Of a stretch of 64,000 bases of DNA, positions 59,187-64,000 are shown in pieces; the first letter of the stretch is position 1; each line of letters begins with the position of its first letter. This DNA is from Candidatus Peregrinibacteria bacterium (GTDB lineage: Bacteria > Patescibacteriota > Gracilibacteria > Peribacterales > Peribacteraceae). The position numbers and the translations under genes were made by a program. The notes under the pieces are model-generated. The model made no database searches. It was not told the DNA's origin and saw nothing but the letters and a program-made list of their open reading frames with translations. The stretch spans positions 1,102 through 65,101 of the forward strand of contig JACPXZ010000025.1 of assembly GCA_016196225.1 (NCBI GenBank). Direction: 5' to 3'.

Positions 59187-59735
59187 CTACTGTGCCAGCG
59201 CCAACTCATTATTCCCTATTCCCTCACGGGTGGCGACGCGCAGATATTTTCCGCTCAAGAGATATGTGCGTTCGATCAGGTCAAACATATCTTCACTGAC
59301 AATAATGCAACCCATACTGCGGTAACGATTGTCACTGGCGAGATATTCATCGCCATAGGCATGCGTATGAATACCGTAGTGGGTGTAAATATCGCCGTTC
59401 TCATAGAGACGGATGAAGCGACCGCTCGGGCCATAGGTGATGCGATCTCCTTTGACATGATGAGACTTTGCAATCCAATCTTTTGCCGGTGTTGCCGCGT
59501 TATACGTGAGGCCGATGTAGTTCACCGTGCGGCGTTGTCCGGTGACAAGTTTAAAGGAAAGGTATTGTCCCGATGGATGCAGAAGGTATCCGATATTGTC
59601 TTTGGTATCGATAATGAGTTGATCGCCGATACTCGGTTGCCAAGCGGCGAGTGCCCGGGTGGCGGACAGATCTTCGGGAGAAGCCGAGAGGCTCAACACA
59701 AAGCCAAGCAGGGAGATGGCAAGCTGCTGAATCAA
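59187..59735 (-). CDS. L,D-transpeptidase (YkuD-like)
   Basis: YGIHTH...RSMGCI motif; signal peptide. Confidence 0.85.
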   Translation of the reverse strand: MIQQLAISLLGFVLSLSASPEDLSATRALAAWQPSIGDQLIIDTKDNIGYLLHPSGQYLSFKLVTGQRRTVNYIGLTYNAATPAKDWIAKSHHVKGDRITYGPSGRFIRLYENGDIYTHYGIHTHAYGDEYLASDNRYRSMGCIIVSEDMFDLIERTYLLSGKYLRVATREGIGNNELALAQ

Positions 59736-59810
59736 AGTAATACATTTTACATTCTTAATGGTTTACGTCAATGCTCTGCGATGTGAAATTCTGCGCTGAA
59801 TGGACATTTT

Positions 59811-59845
59811 AAAAATGCCCTCCGTGTCGAACACGATACGGAGGG
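59811..59845 (-). terminator. Intrinsic terminator after the pilin-like gene
   Basis: CCCTCCGTATCG-TGTT-CGACACGGAGGG-CATTTTT. Confidence 0.6.
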
Positions 59846-59874
59846 GAAAAATGTTCCTTGCAGGGAGACCGGGT

Positions 59875-60294
59875 TCACCGCACGACTGAAAAGTGAATAT
59901 ACAGCTCCGTAACCTCCGGGTTGGTGTCGTAGGTGGCTGCAATGACCCGCACGTTGTTGGAGCGCGCCCATTGCCGGATGCGATTATTCAATGCTTCCTT
60001 GAGAACGCCTCCAGTAATGAGGGGATTCCCATTGTCCGGGATGGGGATGGACGCATGGTAGAGGCCCGACGGAACATCCTTTTCCGGTGCAGAGATCACG
60101 ACGGTGCTCTCGAGTTCTCGGAAGTATCCGGCGCCCTCAAATCCCATAGGGGCATCCATGTTCCGAAGGATACTTGACCGATGTCCTATCCCGCGTGCGT
60201 ACTTGATTGCGGGAATGAAGATCGCGAGACCGACAGCGATTATTATCGTGACGACAATAACATCTGCGCGACTGACTCCGTGACGCCTTTGCAT
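59875..60294 (-). CDS. Pilin-like exported protein with atypical prepilin motif
   Basis: MQRRHG-VSRADVIVVTIIIAVGLAIFIP. Confidence 0.55.
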   Translation of the reverse strand: MQRRHGVSRADVIVVTIIIAVGLAIFIPAIKYARGIGHRSSILRNMDAPMGFEGAGYFRELESTVVISAPEKDVPSGLYHASIPIPDNGNPLITGGVLKEALNNRIRQWARSNNVRVIAATYDTNPEVTELYIHFSVVR

Positions 60295-60401
60295 GACTTG
60301 ATCTCCTGTAAAGAGAAGGAACGGATCCACGAGACCGTCTCGTGGAGACTTCCATGATAGTACAACTTAAATTGATTATGTCAAATATGTACACTGTATT
60401 A

Positions 60402-61250
60402 ATGCAGCACATTCCGGTTCTCTTAAAAGAGGTTGTTGATATTCTGAACCCGAGGGTCGGAGACCATGTTCTTGATTGCACGGTGGGACTCGGGGGACAT
60501 GCAAAAGCGTTTTTAGAAAACATTGGTTCAAAAGGGTTTTTAGTCGGGATCGATGCTGACGGTGAGAATCTGAAGATGGCGCGGGAGAATCTGAAGGAAG
60601 ATAAGAATGTGAAATTGGTGCAGGGGAATTTTCGTGTCATGGTGAGCTCGACGCATGATACGTTTGACATCATCTTTGCGGATCTTGGTTTAAGTTCACC
60701 GCACATTGATGATCCAACGAGGGGATTTACGTATCGGGAAGATGGACCGCTGGATTTACGGTTTGATCAAACAAAAGGACTGAGTGGCGCACAGTTGATT
60801 GCGCAAATATCGGAGAAAGAACTTGCCGATGTTCTCTGGCAATATGGTGAGATCAAATCTAGCCGGCGACTTGCTTGCGCGATCAAGGAGCAAAATGTTC
60901 AATCCACCTTGGGTCTGAAAAAATGTGCAGAGGATATCGTTGGACGTTTTGCACGAAAACTCCTTCCACAAATCTTCCAAGCTCTCCGCATTGCAGTAAA
61001 CGACGAACTCGGCTCTCTGAATATTCTGTTACAACAGGGACCCTCTTTGCTAAACAGTGGGGGACGGATGGGGATTATCAGTTATCACTCGCTGGAGGAT
61101 CGTATGGTGAAACAATCTTTTCGTGCTCTTGATCCTTCCACATATCAAATCCTTACCAAAAAACCGATATGTCCGTCGGAGGAAGAAGTGAAGAACAATC
61201 CCCGATCACGGAGTGCGAAGTTCCGTGTGATACAGCGTGTGTTAGAATGA
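60402..61250 (+). CDS. rsmH: 16S rRNA m4C1402 methyltransferase
   Basis: HIPVLL, DCTVGLGGH, DLGLSS, FQALRIAVNDEL, NPRSRSAK. Confidence 0.96.
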   Translation: MQHIPVLLKEVVDILNPRVGDHVLDCTVGLGGHAKAFLENIGSKGFLVGIDADGENLKMARENLKEDKNVKLVQGNFRVMVSSTHDTFDIIFADLGLSSPHIDDPTRGFTYREDGPLDLRFDQTKGLSGAQLIAQISEKELADVLWQYGEIKSSRRLACAIKEQNVQSTLGLKKCAEDIVGRFARKLLPQIFQALRIAVNDELGSLNILLQQGPSLLNSGGRMGIISYHSLEDRMVKQSFRALDPSTYQILTKKPICPSEEEVKNNPRSRSAKFRVIQRVLE

Positions 61251-61254
61251 AATA

Positions 61255-61560
61255 GTGACTGATATCCCTCGCCGTACATCTCTTGGACGAATGGTTGAAC
61301 AGAGTACACTCCTTCTTCTTATCGTCATTGGCGTGCTTATCCTGGTTCTTGCATTTTTTATTTTGTTCCACCAGAACGCCAATGCGACGAAGGGATATCA
61401 ATTACGCACGCTGGAGCGAGAGAGATCACAGCTTCTTCTCGAAGAAGAAGTACTCAAGATGGAAATTGCAGAGTCGCAAGCGTTGGAGCAACTTCAGCAA
61501 GACAAACGTATTCGCTTAATGGTCGCTCCGAGAGTGACGGAGTATGCCGAGGAACAATAA
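61255..61560 (+). CDS. FtsL-like cell division protein
   Basis: Single TM plus coiled coil, directly after rsmH. Confidence 0.7.
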   Translation: MTDIPRRTSLGRMVEQSTLLLLIVIGVLILVLAFFILFHQNANATKGYQLRTLERERSQLLLEEEVLKMEIAESQALEQLQQDKRIRLMVAPRVTEYAEEQ

Positions 61561-61582
61561 GGAAATTTTTTTGACGCTTCTT

Positions 61583-62989
61583 CTACGGTATTGCGCGGAC
61601 TTGAACGGTGCTGATCCCTCCGTCTTTGGAACGTACATCGGAGACAAGAATGCAGCGATCCCCCTTATGGAGAAGTTTTGCTTTTTTGATGATTGTCCAT
61701 GCGTTTTGCAGGGTAGATTCCGGATCTTTTTTAAAAGGAAGAAGAAGCGGATAAATTCCAAAAAAGAGACAGAGTTTGCGCTGCACCCGTGGAGTGTCTG
61801 TTAAAGCAATGATCGGGGTAGACGGACGGAATTTGCTGAGAGCCTCTGCAGTGCGGCCGCTTCGGGTAAAGACCACAATGGGGAGACCCAGAGACTCGGA
61901 CATGGAAGCAGCCGCTTCTGCACGTGCTTCACGTTCATCATGAACACCCTGAATACCACTATGTGCAAATCGGGCGAGATTCCGCTCGGTCTCCTCCAAA
62001 ATATTGGCCATCGCTTCGACGGCACGAAGGGGAAATTTTCCATTTGCTGTTTCACCAGAAAGCATCGTGGCGTCCGCTTGTGTGACTGCTGCGTGGGCGA
62101 CATCGGTGATTTCGGCACGGGTGGGAATGGGATGTTCTCGCATGCTTTCCAGCATATGGGTTGCGACGATGACGGGTTTACCCGCATCTCCACAAAGAGA
62201 CACGATGGCATCCTGAACAGCGGGAATGCGTTCGTAGGGGATTTCTGCACCGAGATCGCCCCGCGCGACCATGACCCCATCGGCAGCACGAATGATTTCG
62301 TTAATATTTTGTACCGCCTGCGCTGTCTCGATCTTGGCAATGATCGAGAGAGAACCCTTTTTCTTTTGAATAAATCGCCGTACTTCTTCAATGTCATCAG
62401 CGGTTCGGATAAAAGAAAGGGCAACATAATCGATGTCCTGCTCTATGGCGAAGACAATGTCATCCCAGTCTTTTTGGGTGAGCGACGGCAAATGGACATC
62501 TGCTCCGGGAAGATTGATATGACGTCGTGAACCAATGACCCCGTCTTCCCGTGCGCGCCCAACGACATCTTTGTTTTTTTCGATTCGAACGATGTCAAAG
62601 GAAAGCTCCCCGTTGTCGAGAAGAATCTTCTTGGTTGTGGCAACGTCTTTTGCAAATCCATCGTAATTGACATAAATACATGGAAGATTGTTTTTGCGGG
62701 GAGTGGGGGCGGACGAAAAGATAACCATTTGACCTTTATGAATATCCAAAGGGTCACGGACGTCTCCGGTGCGGATTGCGGCCCCCCGCGTATCAAAGAG
62801 GACTGCAGGAGGAATCGGATTCTTCGCAGCAATTTTGCGAACCAATGCAATGCGATGATCATGCTCTTTACGGGTACCATGCGAAAGATTGATGCGAACG
62901 ATATCGACTCCCGTATTGATCAGATGTTTCATGATGAGCGCATGATCTGTGGATGGCCCGAGCGTGCAGACGATTTTCGTCAGTCTCAT
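61583..62989 (-). CDS. pyk: Pyruvate kinase
   Basis: TKIVCTLGP, RINLSHG, IAKIE, MVARGDLG, MLSGETA. Confidence 0.97.
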   Translation of the reverse strand: MRLTKIVCTLGPSTDHALIMKHLINTGVDIVRINLSHGTRKEHDHRIALVRKIAAKNPIPPAVLFDTRGAAIRTGDVRDPLDIHKGQMVIFSSAPTPRKNNLPCIYVNYDGFAKDVATTKKILLDNGELSFDIVRIEKNKDVVGRAREDGVIGSRRHINLPGADVHLPSLTQKDWDDIVFAIEQDIDYVALSFIRTADDIEEVRRFIQKKKGSLSIIAKIETAQAVQNINEIIRAADGVMVARGDLGAEIPYERIPAVQDAIVSLCGDAGKPVIVATHMLESMREHPIPTRAEITDVAHAAVTQADATMLSGETANGKFPLRAVEAMANILEETERNLARFAHSGIQGVHDEREARAEAAASMSESLGLPIVVFTRSGRTAEALSKFRPSTPIIALTDTPRVQRKLCLFFGIYPLLLPFKKDPESTLQNAWTIIKKAKLLHKGDRCILVSDVRSKDGGISTVQVRAIP

Positions 62990-63096
62990 GATTGGAGTGG
63001 GTGTACTATTCTTAAATACATTATACCATTATTTTTTGGTTTTCCCAGTTTTGGGACGGGCACGGATGGGGAAAAAATGGTATAATCACAGGATTT

Positions 63097-64000
63097 ATGT
63101 GGAATACTGTTCGTGTAACGGCGGCGTGGATGACAGTTGGAGTGATCGGCGGGTTTTTTGTGTATCAGGCACAGGGATTGCTTACCCCAAAGATATTGAT
63201 CTTCAATGGAGTGCATATTGCATACGGATATCATGCGGGGAGTAACCATTGTATTACGGTGGATGGTGTTATTGAGGAGAACGAGCAGTGTGATGATAAT
63301 AACAGTACCAATGGTGACGGTTGTTCGAGTTTGTGTAGAGTCGAAAGTGGATGGTCGTGTGATGGGGAACCAAGTTCCTGTAGCGAAAATTGTGGTGATG
63401 GTCTCAAGGTCGGGAGCGAAGGGTGCGATGATAGCAACCTGACGACCGGGGACGGTTGTTCGACGAGTTGTGCAGTCGAGAGTGGTTATTCGTGTACGGG
63501 AGCGGGAGCCGGTTCATGTACTCCCGTATGCGGAGATGGGCTTAAAAAGGGGAGTGAGGGATGTGACGATAGCAATACAACGGCAGGTGACGGCTGCAGC
63601 GCGAGTTGTGCCGTGGAGACGGGTTTTTCGTGTTCGGGAACTCCGAGTACCTGTAGCTCCACCTGCGGCGATGGGATCAAAGCAAGCAATGAAGGGTGTG
63701 ACGATGGGAACACGACAGCCAGTGATGGATGTTCGGCGACGTGTACGGTCGAAACAGGATTTTCGTGTACGGGGAGTGCACCAAGTGTATGCAGTGGGAT
63801 TTGCGGGGATGGTCTTAAAAAAGGGGCGGAAGGGTGTGACGATGGGAACACGACAGCCAGTGATGGATGTTCGGCGACGTGTACGGTCGAGAGCGGATAC
63901 TCGTGCAGCGGGACGCCGAGTACGTGCAGTACCGGTTGCGGCGATGGTATTGCGGCCGGGAGCGAGGCATGTGACGGCGGGGGCGAAACGGCCACCTGCG
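63097..64000 (+). CDS. DUF4215 / Myxococcus cysteine-rich repeat surface protein (3' partial; not in the ORF track)
   Basis: Open frame from ATG 63097; about 45-aa repeats CGDG....EGCDDGN....DGCS..C.VE.G..C, at least 5 copies. Confidence 0.9.
   Translation, partial: MWNTVRVTAAWMTVGVIGGFFVYQAQGLLTPKILIFNGVHIAYGYHAGSNHCITVDGVIEENEQCDDNNSTNGDGCSSLCRVESGWSCDGEPSSCSENCGDGLKVGSEGCDDSNLTTGDGCSTSCAVESGYSCTGAGAGSCTPVCGDGLKKGSEGCDDSNTTAGDGCSASCAVETGFSCSGTPSTCSSTCGDGIKASNEGCDDGNTTASDGCSATCTVETGFSCTGSAPSVCSGICGDGLKKGAEGCDDGNTTASDGCSATCTVESGYSCSGTPSTCSTGCGDGIAAGSEACDGGGETATC

Noticed and set aside
59760-59875. Possible c-di-AMP riboswitch upstream of the L,D-transpeptidase
   Set aside because: GCTGAAT is on the wrong strand and other consensus elements are missing; the hairpin is explained as a terminator
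63280-64000. About 135-bp periodic repeats as a CRISPR array or DGR template
   Set aside because: In-frame Cys-rich protein repeats with synonymous variation; no cas or RT genes and no A-specific mismatch pattern noticed

Overview
Gene-dense bacterial chromosome segment using genetic code 11. The gene content suggests a CPR/Patescibacteria genome, probably Peribacteria-like (inference from SLH proteins, DUF11 and DUF4215 surface proteins, a TrbL/VirB6-like protein and scattered ribosomal protein genes). It carries housekeeping genes (lgt, corA, eno, infB, rplS, lepA, rpmA, murC, purL, murJ, nusG, secE, lepB, pth, rplU, tgt, clpP, miaA, recG, tkt, tal/fsa, gnd, rsmH, pyk) and five tRNAs. No CRISPR array, prophage or transposase was seen. 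The main unexplained signal is about eight families of short (20-100 bp) palindromic elements, labelled A-H here. They sit between genes and inside intact reading frames (lepA, miaA, tkt, P-type ATPase, S8 protease, and four places in a CsaB-like gene). They supply stop or start codons, nest in one another at a fixed site, and fuse to tRNA CCA ends. They also interrupt a duplicated tRNA-Gln 5' fragment and flank a small GIY-YIG nuclease gene, which is a candidate mobiliser. Family G has a conserved core flanked by locus-specific inverted arms. Also notable: pervasive TAnnnT boxes 5-8 nt before start codons, a Tgt lacking all four zinc ligands, and a fatty-acid desaturase. All calls are by eye; no database searches were run.
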